This document shows positions 43,533 through 53,538 of a DNA stretch of 64,000 nucleotides, piece after piece. The translations under genes were made by a program, and so were the position numbers. Within the stretch, counting starts at the first letter, position 1. Each line of letters starts with the position of its first letter. The notes beneath the pieces are model-generated. The model saw nothing but the letters and a program-made list of their open reading frames with translations, was not told where the DNA came from and did not search any database. The DNA comes from Spirochaetia bacterium. Lineage in GTDB: Bacteria > Spirochaetota > Spirochaetia > CADAEX01. The DNA is taken from the NCBI GenBank assembly GCA_963662795.1, contig OY759746.1, forward strand, positions 416,001 through 480,000, read 5' to 3'.

Positions 43533-44351
43533 TTATCTGCCTTTTTTCAGCAATGACTTTATTCCCGCAAGCGCCCTGTTATACCTGGTGGTCTGGCTGA
43601 ATACCATCAGGACAATTATCAGAAAAAGGGTCAGCGCAACAGGCCCTGGAAGAACAGGCATAAGGCTGCCTTTTGAAATCATTAAAGCCCTTCACAGATT
43701 GCTGCCGCACATCTCGCCGAGTATAACGCCTATTACAAGAGGAGCTATAGGGTACTTAAGCTCCGTAAGCATGTAGGCAATTATACCGAATGGTAACATC
43801 AGGTAAAGGTTGAATATCTTGTTGCCGAGCGCGTAGGAACCTATAATACACAGCACACCGATAATCGGCATAAAAAGCGTTATCGGTATTCTTAAAACCT
43901 TTATAACCTGCCTGGCAAGAAACATACCGCAAAGCCACATTACAATTGAGGCAAAGAAAAGAATCGCTGTAATCTCCAGAGAGAATCCGGGATGGTCTGT
44001 ATTGAACATCGGCCCCGAATTATAACCGCGAAGAAGCAGAACTCCGAGAAGCATCGCAGTCCGGAGGGCTTCCGGATACACCGAGGCTAAGAAGAGGTAT
44101 CATAGCACCGGCTGATACAGGCGTTATTTGACATTTCAGTCACGACTACGGCCTCTTCGGCACCTGTCCCGAATTTATCGCTGTTTTTACTCATCTTTTT
44201 GACTGTCCCGCAAGAGACCCACACTGCGTTATTCTCACCTAAGCAAGGTACCCGCTGTCAAGGTCGCTCAAATACGTAGGTAAGCGCGGTTAAAAGAACT
44301 ACTCCCAAAGTCGCAGTAAGTCCTGGTATGACTCCAAAGATAATTCCCAAA
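43533..44351 (-). pseudogene. Degraded tctA-like permease
   Basis: Fragments LGIIFGVIPGLTAT, KFGTGAEE, GPMF, IGSYAL, PIAPLVIGVILG with deletions and frameshifts. Confidence 0.8.
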
Positions 44352-45326
44352 TCAGCTGTAAATCTCAGGATTAATACAATCCCGGGGTTTTTCTCCTTTT
44401 ATCATGGCTGTAAGGTTAAGCGCGGCCTTTACCGCCATTCCGTTACGCGATGATACAGTAGCTGAAGCGGTATGCGGCGTCATTACGACATTACTCAAGG
44501 TCCCGAGTTCCGGTTCCGCTATCGGTTCTCTTTCATACACATCAATCCCGGCGCCGGCTATCAGATCCGACCTAAGCGCCTGGACAAGTGCTTTTTCATC
44601 AATAATAGGGCCGCGGGCTGAATTGATTATATAAGCTGTCCTTTTCATCTTTTTAAACTGCTCAGGACCGAACAGGTGTCTTGTCTCCGGCATTAGGGGT
44701 GTATGTATGCTTATATAATCGGAATTTTCAAGCAGATATTCAAACGGCACCCTTTCCGCATTCACCTCATCATCAAGCACTTTGTTTATAAAGGAATCGC
44801 TATAGAGCACTCTCATTTTAAATCCTTTTGATTTAAGCGCCATCGCTGTACCGATCCGGCCCGCCCCTACTATGCCGAGTACCGCACCAGTTATATCCCC
44901 TCCGATATACTGCATGGGGCCCCAGCCTTTCCACTCTCCTGACCTCATGATTCTGTCAGATTCCACAACCCTTCTTGCAACAGAGAAAAGCAGCGCCCAT
45001 GCCATTTCGGCAGTGGCGTCAGTCAGAACATCCGGAGTATTTGAAACCGGGATTTTATATTCAGTTGCTTTTTTAACATCAATATTATCGTATCCAACAG
45101 CATAGTTGGCAAAGCCCCTGACTTCAGGTGCCGTTTTAAAAACCTCTTCATCTATCCTGTCTGTAAGAAGACACAAAACCCCGTCTTTCCCTTTTATGTT
45201 TTTAAGGAATTCCTCCCGCGCAAGCGGTCTGTCTTCCATATTGATTTCAACATTGAATTCTTTTTTCAGGATTTCAATCCCCGGCTGCGGGATAAGCCTT
45301 GTTACATATACATTTTTTTTTGACAT
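44352..45326 (-). CDS. Glyoxylate/hydroxypyruvate reductase (D-glycerate dehydrogenase family)
   Basis: NYAVGYDNID, NTPDVLTDATAE, GAGRIG, NSARG, TPHTASAT. Confidence 0.93.
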   Translation of the reverse strand: MSKKNVYVTRLIPQPGIEILKKEFNVEINMEDRPLAREEFLKNIKGKDGVLCLLTDRIDEEVFKTAPEVRGFANYAVGYDNIDVKKATEYKIPVSNTPDVLTDATAEMAWALLFSVARRVVESDRIMRSGEWKGWGPMQYIGGDITGAVLGIVGAGRIGTAMALKSKGFKMRVLYSDSFINKVLDDEVNAERVPFEYLLENSDYISIHTPLMPETRHLFGPEQFKKMKRTAYIINSARGPIIDEKALVQALRSDLIAGAGIDVYEREPIAEPELGTLSNVVMTPHTASATVSSRNGMAVKAALNLTAMIKGEKPRDCINPEIYS

Positions 45327-45715
45327 AGTCATCTCCCTTTGATAGGAATATTTTCGTCTATAAATTGCCATGTTTCAAGAAAATAATTTCCCTGGACAAC
45401 TTTTTTAAAGATGGGTTTTTAAAGTCACGAGCTTCAGGAACTCCATACGGATATACAACTTCAACTCAGTCAGGATATTCCACGTCAGAGACAAGCTGGA
45501 ATTTTTCATCAGGCGTTTCAGAATTATTGCACCGACAAAAAAGGACGACCGAAAAAAGACATCATCTCTACTGCTGCACCATCCCTTTAAAACACGTGAT
45601 GCTATTAACTCAAATTACATTTTATGAAATAATATTTCCGGGTTCAGCCGCACTGCATTTATTCCAGCGGGCTGACATGTTAAAAACCACAAACTCCTTA
45701 TATCGGAGATGACTA

Positions 45716-46534
45716 ATGCTATTGGAATTACCGCTTATTCCGGGAATGATTGATTCACATTTCCACTACCTTGAGATGCTTAAGAAAGAGCTTGACCCAC
45801 AGGCCCTGCTTACGGAATGTTTTTCCGCGGGAATGACAGCGGCAGTCGATATTGCGACAAATACGGCAAATTTTGAAAGGCGCCTTGAGTTCGCAGCCCG
45901 TTTTGACAATATTTTCGTCACTGCGGGTTTAAATCCGGGAAAAGCCGAAAAGGATACTGAAGAAATTGATAAAATGCTTGATACACTCGAGTCCCAGATA
46001 GGAGGGGCAAGGGGACACGGCAAACTGATTGGAGTCGGTGAAACAGGGATTGACTGGTACTGGAAATACGGGACAAGGGAAAAACAGATATCGCTTTTTG
46101 AAGCTCAGGTTGACCTTGCCGGTAAATACGGCCTTCCAGTGATTATTCACAACAGGGAAGCTGATGAAGATGTGCTAAGGATCCTGAACATGAAAAAACC
46201 GGAAAAGGGAGGGATAATTCACTGCTTTTCATCTGATTATAATTTTGCATCCTCCTGTATCGATCTTGGCTTTCTGATCTCTTTCGCCGGAAACGTGACA
46301 TATAAAAAAAATACAGTTATGCAGGATGCAGCCCGCAGGATTCCGGCCGCCTCCATTCTTGCCGAGACAGACGCGCCGTATCTTTCTCCGGGGAAACTGA
46401 GGAGCCTGCCCGGACATCCCGGGTTTGTCTCCCATACCTATAGTTATCTCGCTGAACTTAGAAATGAAAAAATCGAAGATTTTACCTATACTGTTAAAAA
46501 AAATTTCAACACGCTGTTCGGGATGGATTTATAA
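45716..46534 (+). CDS. tatD: TatD-family hydrolase
   Basis: IDSHFH, VGETGID, IIHNREA, IIHCFS, ETDAPYL. Confidence 0.92.
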   Translation: MLLELPLIPGMIDSHFHYLEMLKKELDPQALLTECFSAGMTAAVDIATNTANFERRLEFAARFDNIFVTAGLNPGKAEKDTEEIDKMLDTLESQIGGARGHGKLIGVGETGIDWYWKYGTREKQISLFEAQVDLAGKYGLPVIIHNREADEDVLRILNMKKPEKGGIIHCFSSDYNFASSCIDLGFLISFAGNVTYKKNTVMQDAARRIPAASILAETDAPYLSPGKLRSLPGHPGFVSHTYSYLAELRNEKIEDFTYTVKKNFNTLFGMDL

Positions 46535-46601
46535 GCTTTCAAACCACTATCCGGTACCTTAAAATCCGGTGCACTCACCCGGAGTACGGAGGAGGAAGAA
46601 T

Positions 46602-46633
46602 AAAAAAAGAGGAGCCGTGCATAACACAGCTCC
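46602..46633 (-). terminator. Rho-independent terminator of the transaldolase-like operon
   Basis: GGAGCTGTG-TTATG-CACGGCTCC followed by TCTTTTTTT on the minus strand. Confidence 0.75.
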
Positions 46634-46686
46634 CCATATTGTTCTGTCCTTTCTCCATTATCAGTTGAGGATAATGTCGAAAATAA

Positions 46687-47862
46687 TTATACGTATTTAC
46701 CTACAAAATCAATCATCTCATTTGTAGCTTTGGCGAAAACAGCGGCATTTTCAATCAGCGATGTAATTTCATCAAACTGTTCGATTGCGTAACCATCTTC
46801 AGCATAACCTTTAACAAAATAGGGCACCTGATTGAGTTTTTTCATTACATCAGCGGGAACCGGAGCTTTCCAGCCGTCTTTTACGCCTCTGTTCCTGTAA
46901 TGATAGAGAATATCACCAATCATGTCAGGAGGACATGTAAATACCATCGGAGCTCCCGCAAACATGTCAAAATGGGGATAAAATACATTCCCTTCAAAAT
47001 CATGATGTTTTCTTGCTGAACACATTAGCATTTTGAGCGGCTGCTTTCTCTCTTCCATCAGCTTTATACATTTTTTCATAACAGCGTTTGAAGCCTGTCT
47101 GAGTTCAAGAGGATCAATAGCGAGGTTTTTCTTTTCGATATATCCCCTGAAAGCGGCTGAATCTTCAAACCTTCCGGACATCTGTGTAATAACAGCTCTC
47201 CAGCCGTGTCTTTCTTTTCCGGCCTTTCTGTGAGCGGTAATACCTTCTGTAACTGCGTTTGCAACTGCCATGATCTGGGGCACGTTAAAACAGGTTGTCG
47301 CGTTTGTCGCGATACCTTTTGAGGCAAGATATTTAAATACCGGTATACCTGATGTTGAAGCCGGGATCTTGATCATTACGTTGGGGCCGAGGGAAGCAAG
47401 CTCGTCAGCCATTTCTTTCATGGCAGCTTCATTCTTGATAAGGTTCGGGTCTACCTGGCCTGAAATATGGCCGAGTTTTCCATTGGAAGCTTCAAAGAGA
47501 GGAAGAAAGGCTTCAGCGCCTCTTTTTACAACTTCTTTATATACTTCCTTGAAAAGGCCGTACTGGGACTTGCCTTTATAGCTTTTTCTTTTATCTTTGA
47601 TAATGGCAACCCATTCATCTGTCCTTTTCTGTAAAACAGCCCAGGAAAGGGGCGGGTTTGTAGTACATCCCCTGAACGCCCAGTCTTTAACAGGAGCTTC
47701 AAGGAACATGCCGGCAACTTCTTTTTTAAACCATTCCTGATCTTCCGCGGGAAGACCTTTATAATAGCTTTCAGTAAAATTAGGCCATACAAGAGGTGAT
47801 GAATCCCACCATATTTCTGTTTCAGGATTTAAAGCCTGAACACTTCTCCATACGTTTTCCAT
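46687..47862 (-). CDS. Transaldolase/FSA-family protein, atypical
   Basis: WWDS, GCTTNPP, ISGQVDP, NVMIKIP (Schiff-base Lys), NATTCF, MSGR. Confidence 0.85.
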   Translation of the reverse strand: MENVWRSVQALNPETEIWWDSSPLVWPNFTESYYKGLPAEDQEWFKKEVAGMFLEAPVKDWAFRGCTTNPPLSWAVLQKRTDEWVAIIKDKRKSYKGKSQYGLFKEVYKEVVKRGAEAFLPLFEASNGKLGHISGQVDPNLIKNEAAMKEMADELASLGPNVMIKIPASTSGIPVFKYLASKGIATNATTCFNVPQIMAVANAVTEGITAHRKAGKERHGWRAVITQMSGRFEDSAAFRGYIEKKNLAIDPLELRQASNAVMKKCIKLMEERKQPLKMLMCSARKHHDFEGNVFYPHFDMFAGAPMVFTCPPDMIGDILYHYRNRGVKDGWKAPVPADVMKKLNQVPYFVKGYAEDGYAIEQFDEITSLIENAAVFAKATNEMIDFVGKYV

Positions 47863-47946
47863 TATTTAACTCCTCGTAAAAAAATCATTTAACCCTTCAG
47901 ATAAGCCTGTTTGGGCAAACCTGAAAGGTTAATTACATAATTTACA

Positions 47947-49065
47947 TTATTTTTTCATTTTTGCAACGTATTCTTTTACGCCTTCCACAAAGTTTTTGTT
48001 ATCTTCTTTTGTCGAGATTGTGATTCTGAACCAGCCGTTTCTTCCGTACATATCGTTCTGGTTTCTGAGAATAATTTTCTTCTCCTTAAGGAAGAAATCA
48101 ACAAGTTCTTTTCCTACAATTCCGGCATCAGTTCCGTCAAACAGCATGTAATTGCCGTATGATTCAAAAATATCAAGTCCTTTTATTGCTGAAAGCTCGT
48201 CGCTTATCATTTTAACCTGGTTATTGTTGAAATCAACCCTTTCCTTAAGCGCTTTTTCATCGCAGAATGCAGTATAGCATGCCCAGAGAGCTATTGTGCT
48301 TACGTTCCATGGGATAAGAGTAGCAGAAATCTGCTTGATTACATCTTTGTCCGCAAGCATATAGCCGAATCTGATACCTGCAAGGCCATAAGCCTTTGAC
48401 ATTGTCCTTGTAACCATTACATTCTGAAATTCCTTGATAAGCTTTGTCATTGATCTTCCGTAACCTGCGAACTCTATATATGCTTCGTCAACTACAAAAG
48501 GAATGCCGGTTTTTGCTATTTTCCTGAAATCATCTCCGCTCATGAAGTTCGCTGTCGGGTTGTTGGGGTTGGCAACAACAATTATTTTTGTTTTGGGAGT
48601 AATTGCTTTGATAATAGCATCAGCATCAAAAACGAATTTCTTGTTTTCAAGCTTCATTGGAACAGATACAAGTTTTCCGCCGTTTATGTCACATCTGAGT
48701 TTGTAGATACCGAAACATGGTGTGTGCTGGATAACTTCTTCGCCCTGGCCGGGTACAAGAAAGCTTCTCCATATCATGTCGTACACTTCGCTTGATCCGT
48801 TTCCGATAAGAACATTTTCAGCTCCTGCAAGGCCGTTAAGTTCAGCGATTTTGCCTCTTGTTACAAGTCCCTGATCAGCATAGATGTTCCCTTTTTTTGC
48901 GTAATCATTGATAGCTTTGAGAACTGATTCAGCAGGCTGGTTGGGATTTTCGTTCGACATCATTCTGTGAAGAGACTGATCCTTCCATGCAAGTTCGATG
49001 TGGGGGGATATATACATTGGAATTCCCTTGATCCACGGTACAAAATACTCTTCCATTTTTTTCAT
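47947..49065 (-). CDS. PLP-dependent aminotransferase, HisC/CobD-like
   Basis: SNENP, GNGSSE, NPNNPT, DEAY, RTMSKAYGLAGIRFGY. Confidence 0.9.
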   Translation of the reverse strand: MKKMEEYFVPWIKGIPMYISPHIELAWKDQSLHRMMSNENPNQPAESVLKAINDYAKKGNIYADQGLVTRGKIAELNGLAGAENVLIGNGSSEVYDMIWRSFLVPGQGEEVIQHTPCFGIYKLRCDINGGKLVSVPMKLENKKFVFDADAIIKAITPKTKIIVVANPNNPTANFMSGDDFRKIAKTGIPFVVDEAYIEFAGYGRSMTKLIKEFQNVMVTRTMSKAYGLAGIRFGYMLADKDVIKQISATLIPWNVSTIALWACYTAFCDEKALKERVDFNNNQVKMISDELSAIKGLDIFESYGNYMLFDGTDAGIVGKELVDFFLKEKKIILRNQNDMYGRNGWFRITISTKEDNKNFVEGVKEYVAKMKK

Positions 49066-49152
49066 TATTTTCTCCTTGATTATGTAAATATTTAAAAACG
49101 GCTTATGCCTATTTACAAACAAAATAATAAATTAAAACATGTAAATTATAAT

Positions 49153-49905
49153 TCAGGTCCGGACATAGCTTCCTGTTTCGACCTGGAAAACATACCGGTC
49201 TCCCCTGTAATATGAGTGCAGTACTTCTATGCACTCCCCCTTTGCATTGAACGCTCTGCTTTTATAAAAGATACAGGGAATATCCCGTGATATCATCAGC
49301 CTTGAAGCAATCTCCTTCGAAGGACGAACGGCCTGAAGCGTTCTGACCGAATGATCAAGATCAATACCGAATTTATCTGTAAGCACCTGGTACATGGAAC
49401 CTTTTATCTGCATATCCAAAAGCCCGCTTAGTTTTGTAAATGAATAGTACTGTATTTCATACAGGAACGGTATTTTATCAGCAACACGTACCCTTTCAAT
49501 TTTTATGGCAAAATCTCCGGCCGCTATATCAAGCGCCGCCGCTATATCAGCGGGAGGAACAATTTTCTCCTGTGATATTATGGCGCTTTCTGTATCAAGG
49601 CCGTTTCTGGCATCAAGTTCGAAATCATCAATAAAGCTTGTCATTTTTCCAAGCTGTCTGACAGGAGCAAGGGGTTTTTTCCGCCTTACAAAAGTCCCGA
49701 CCCCTTTCTGTTTTTCAAGCAATCCCTGCTGTACCATTATTGAAATTGAATGCCTGATGGTATTTCTGTTAAGCTGGAATTTTTCAGCAAGCTCCCCTTC
49801 TGACGGGAGTTTTGATCCAATATCATATTCAGAACTTTGCAGCATGCTTTCCAGCCAGTTTGCAACCTGTAAGTATAGCGGTACAGGATTGTCTCTTTCT
49901 ACCAT
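49153..49905 (-). CDS. GntR-family regulator (HutC/UTRA subfamily)
   Basis: PLYLQVA, LPSEGELAEKF..NRNTIR, GVGTFV; UTRA C-terminus (YRGDRY.F). Confidence 0.93.
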   Translation of the reverse strand: MVERDNPVPLYLQVANWLESMLQSSEYDIGSKLPSEGELAEKFQLNRNTIRHSISIMVQQGLLEKQKGVGTFVRRKKPLAPVRQLGKMTSFIDDFELDARNGLDTESAIISQEKIVPPADIAAALDIAAGDFAIKIERVRVADKIPFLYEIQYYSFTKLSGLLDMQIKGSMYQVLTDKFGIDLDHSVRTLQAVRPSKEIASRLMISRDIPCIFYKSRAFNAKGECIEVLHSYYRGDRYVFQVETGSYVRT

Positions 49906-50000
49906 AAACTCCCTTCTACTTGTCTACCTATGTAATTAACTATACATCTTTTTTATTTTTATGTCAAATACCTATCCTGTTGTCAAATAAAAAAATAATA

Positions 50001-50232
50001 CATAGCTGTCCAAAATAAAAACAGCATTGAATTGAGCAAACAAGCTAATTCTTTACAAATAAGGGAAATCATGCAATGAACTTTTTAAGGATAGCATATT
50101 CAGGCAAATACTTCAAATCCTTCCGGGATATGAATTTGAAAAAGCCGTAAAATTACATAAAGGAGAGCATGCGCCAAAGGGTTTTACCTGCAAAGAGAAG
50201 CTATCAACAATGCTCTTTGCTTAAGCTTTCAG
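50001..50232 (+). mobile_element. IS4-family left-end remnant
   Basis: CATAGCTGTCCAAAA end similar to the IR of 54410-55684; decayed transposase N-terminus (QILQILP..EFEKAV....PKGFTC). Confidence 0.7.
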
Positions 50233-53200
50233 GACTCTGTAATTAAAACTGTGTAACTGCAAAATTCTAAATAGCCTCAAAGAGGCAAAGGATATAGAAT
50301 GAGCAGTATAATGATGAATAAAGAACGTTTAGAAGAATTGGCAGCAGAGCTGGCAAAAGGGGTCAAGAGTGAATCAGATCTTGCAAACCCTTTAGGGCAG
50401 CTGATGAAATTGACAATTGAGAAAGCACTTAATGCAGAATTAGATAACCACTTAGGTTACGAAAAGCATTCAAGCCAGGGGCGTAATAAACTGAACAGCC
50501 GTAATGGCTGTACAAGCAAAAAAGTAATAACCGATTCCGGAGAACTTGAAATAGAAACACCCCGGGATCGGACTTGTGACTTTGAACCGCAAATCATTCA
50601 AAAAGGCCAGCGCAGGTTTTTAGGATTTGACAATCAAATCCTCTCTCTCTATGCCAGAGGCCAGAGGACACGGGATATCGCAGCCACACTTAAGGAAATG
50701 TACGGTGTAGATGTTTCTGCATTCCCTCATTATCTGGTGTAACCGATGCGGTTATTGAGGAAGTTGAGCAGCGGCAAAACCGTCCAATAGAGAGTGTTTA
50801 TCCAATCATTTATCTGGATTGTATTGTTGTAAAGGTTCATCAGGATAAAAGAGTAATCAACAAGGCTGTTTATCTTGCCTTAGGTGTTACTACAGAAGGG
50901 ATTAAAGATCTTTTGGGCCTCTTGATATCAGAAAACGAAGGAACCAAGTTTTGGCTCTCTATATTGACAGAACTCCAAACCAGAGGTGTAAAAGATATCT
51001 CATTGCCAGTGTAGATGGACTTACAGGCTTCCATGAAGAGATAAATACAGTATTTCCCAAAACAAAAATCCAATTATGCATTGTACACATGGTAAGGAAC
51101 TCTTTGAAATACGTTTCCTATAAAGACTGTAAAGAACTGGCAGGAGATTTAAAGAGGATATACTCTTCAATAACCCTTGATGAAGCAGAAAGGGGATTAG
51201 TGATATTTTCAGATAAATGGGCCAGTCAATATGCATCGATCAGCAAAATGTGGGAACGGAACTGGGAAAACCTGATAACAATTTTTGATTATCCTGATGA
51301 AATCCGAAAAATAATTGTAAGCGTCAATTTAACCACAGGGTAAGCTTAATTTATTGATATTATCCTTATCACAGTTCCAGGGCAGTAATTTTTCATAATC
51401 TTTTTCATCTGAAAAGAAAGGGACCTCTTTAAAAATATAATAAAGGTATCCATAAGGATTTAAGCCATTCTGTTTTGCAGTTTCAATAAGTGAGTACATG
51501 AAGCAGGAGCTTTCCGCTCCTTTTGTGCTTACAGAAAATAACCAGTTTTTTCGCCCCAGAACAAAGGGCCTTATTGCATTTTCACAGGCATTATTATCAG
51601 GGGTAAGGGATGCACACTCTGAATACTTCATTATTTTATCCCACTGAGAAAGAATATATTTTACAGCCTCTCCCACCTTACTGCTTTCCCTGATTACAAG
51701 AGCCTTGTTATCAAGCCATTTCTTGAACCTTTCCATTACAGGTTTGATAAGTTCTTTTCTTTTTTCCAGAAATTCCTGTTCTGATAAATCTTCTTCCCTG
51801 AGTTCATTTTCAATAGAGTAAAACTTTTGAATCATCTTAAGGGCTTCATTAGAACTCCCCGCTTTTTTATTTACCTTTGAGGCTTCAAAGAATTTCCTCC
51901 TTGCATGAGCAAGACAGCCGACATGAACTATTTTGTCATTTTCATTTAATGCCGCATCATATCCTTTATATCCATCTGTCTGAAGGTACCCTTCAAACCC
52001 GGTGAGAAAATCTTTTACATATTCTGCATGTCTTTTAGGATGATATTCATAGTAAATGAGAGGTTTTGAAGGATTTCCTCCCCTTGCAAGCCATATATAA
52101 CTTTTTGAAGAGTTTTTTGAGAGGAAGTAACTTTAAAAAGCTTTTGTTATTCCAGTTAACCATGTCCTGACGGCTTATTCTTACCCCGATCCTTTCAAAC
52201 CGTTTTTCCTGCCTGTAAAAAGGGAGGTGATCACAGAACTTATTTGTAATGATAAATGCAAGCAGACCGGGAGTTACAATGCTTCCTGGAATTATTGATT
52301 TCTCTGTTTCAGCTTTTCTTACTGCCTTTTTATCTTCATCTGAAGAGCCTTCACAGTTCCTGCAGCCGTATTTCGGATAGATATGTCTTTCAACATAGAT
52401 CTGCTCAGGTATTACATTCAGTTTTTCACTTACCTCTTCACCTATCTTTACAAGCTCAGATCCGCAAGCGCACTTTTTCTCTTCTTCGCTTATGCCATGA
52501 ATGATTTCTTCCCTCGGGAGTGAATCATCAAGCTTTTTTCTTCCGGCCTTTTTTTTCTTGTATGGGAGAGGACTGTTATTACCTCTTCAGTATCTGAAAT
52601 CTCATCTGATTCAGTATCATTATTTTCATCTTCAAACAGCTGCATCTGATCAGGATCATCTTTTTCACTTGATTTGCCATATTTTCTGAAAAGGGCAAGT
52701 TTCAGCTTTTCAAGTAAATATTCAATTGTTTCTTTAAGAGCAGTATTTTTGTTTTCAAGAGTATTTATGTATTTTAAAACGTCTTCAGGTAAAGACTTTT
52801 TCTTCTCTTCATCCATCCTTATTGAAATTCTAACATTTTTAAATTTTTATGGGAATTCCTTTCAGTTAACTTCTTCATAAAAAACTCTCTTGTGAGCTTT
52901 CCAGAAATCTATTCCGTCAAAAAGCATCTTCAGATGATCAAAGGAGAGTTCTTCTGCCTCATCTTTTGAATCAGGCCATGGGAATTTGTAATGTTTTTCA
53001 AGTCTTTTCTGCCAGAGGCAGAATCCGTTTCTTTCCCAGTAAAGTATTTTCAAGAGTTTCCTGTCTCTGTTGCAGAAGATAAAGATGCTTTCAGAAAATG
53101 GATCAAGTTCCATATCGCTTTTTACTATCTCAGAAAGACCGTTTACTGCTTTTCTTAAATCTGTTACTCCGGGATGGGCATAAATCCTTACATTATCAAA

Positions 53201-53538
53201 ATTAATGAGCATTTATGATAATGCCTTTATTATCTTTTCAAGATGACTTTCTATCAGGTTTGCTGGCAAATTTATTCTTAGAGTTCCTTTTTCAATTGAA
53301 ATTATTTCTGAAACTGAGTTAATTACCAGCTTTACTTTTTTTCTTTTCTCTTTTTATCCAGCCGTAAAATGTTGTCGGTCTTATCTCTTTTCCCCTGCAG
53401 AACATGGCTGCACTTTTTCCGCTTTTTTTCCATTCTGCCAGCAGCTTTTGTTTTTCTTCTATTGATAATTCAGTCATCTTAAAATCCTCCATGATGAGGA
53501 TTTTACTTCCAGAGGTGTTTCTTTGTAAGCGCTAATTA

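Noticed and set aside
45365-45712. 115-aa ORF between the reductase and tatD
   Set aside because: No RBS or recognisable motifs; may be a decayed gene on either strand, unsupported.
47928-49941. 12-bp inverted match GTTAATTACATA (47928) / TATGTAATTAAC (49930) as a UTRA-regulator operator
   Set aside because: Very AT-rich, and one copy overlaps an intergenic hairpin; cannot be distinguished from chance.
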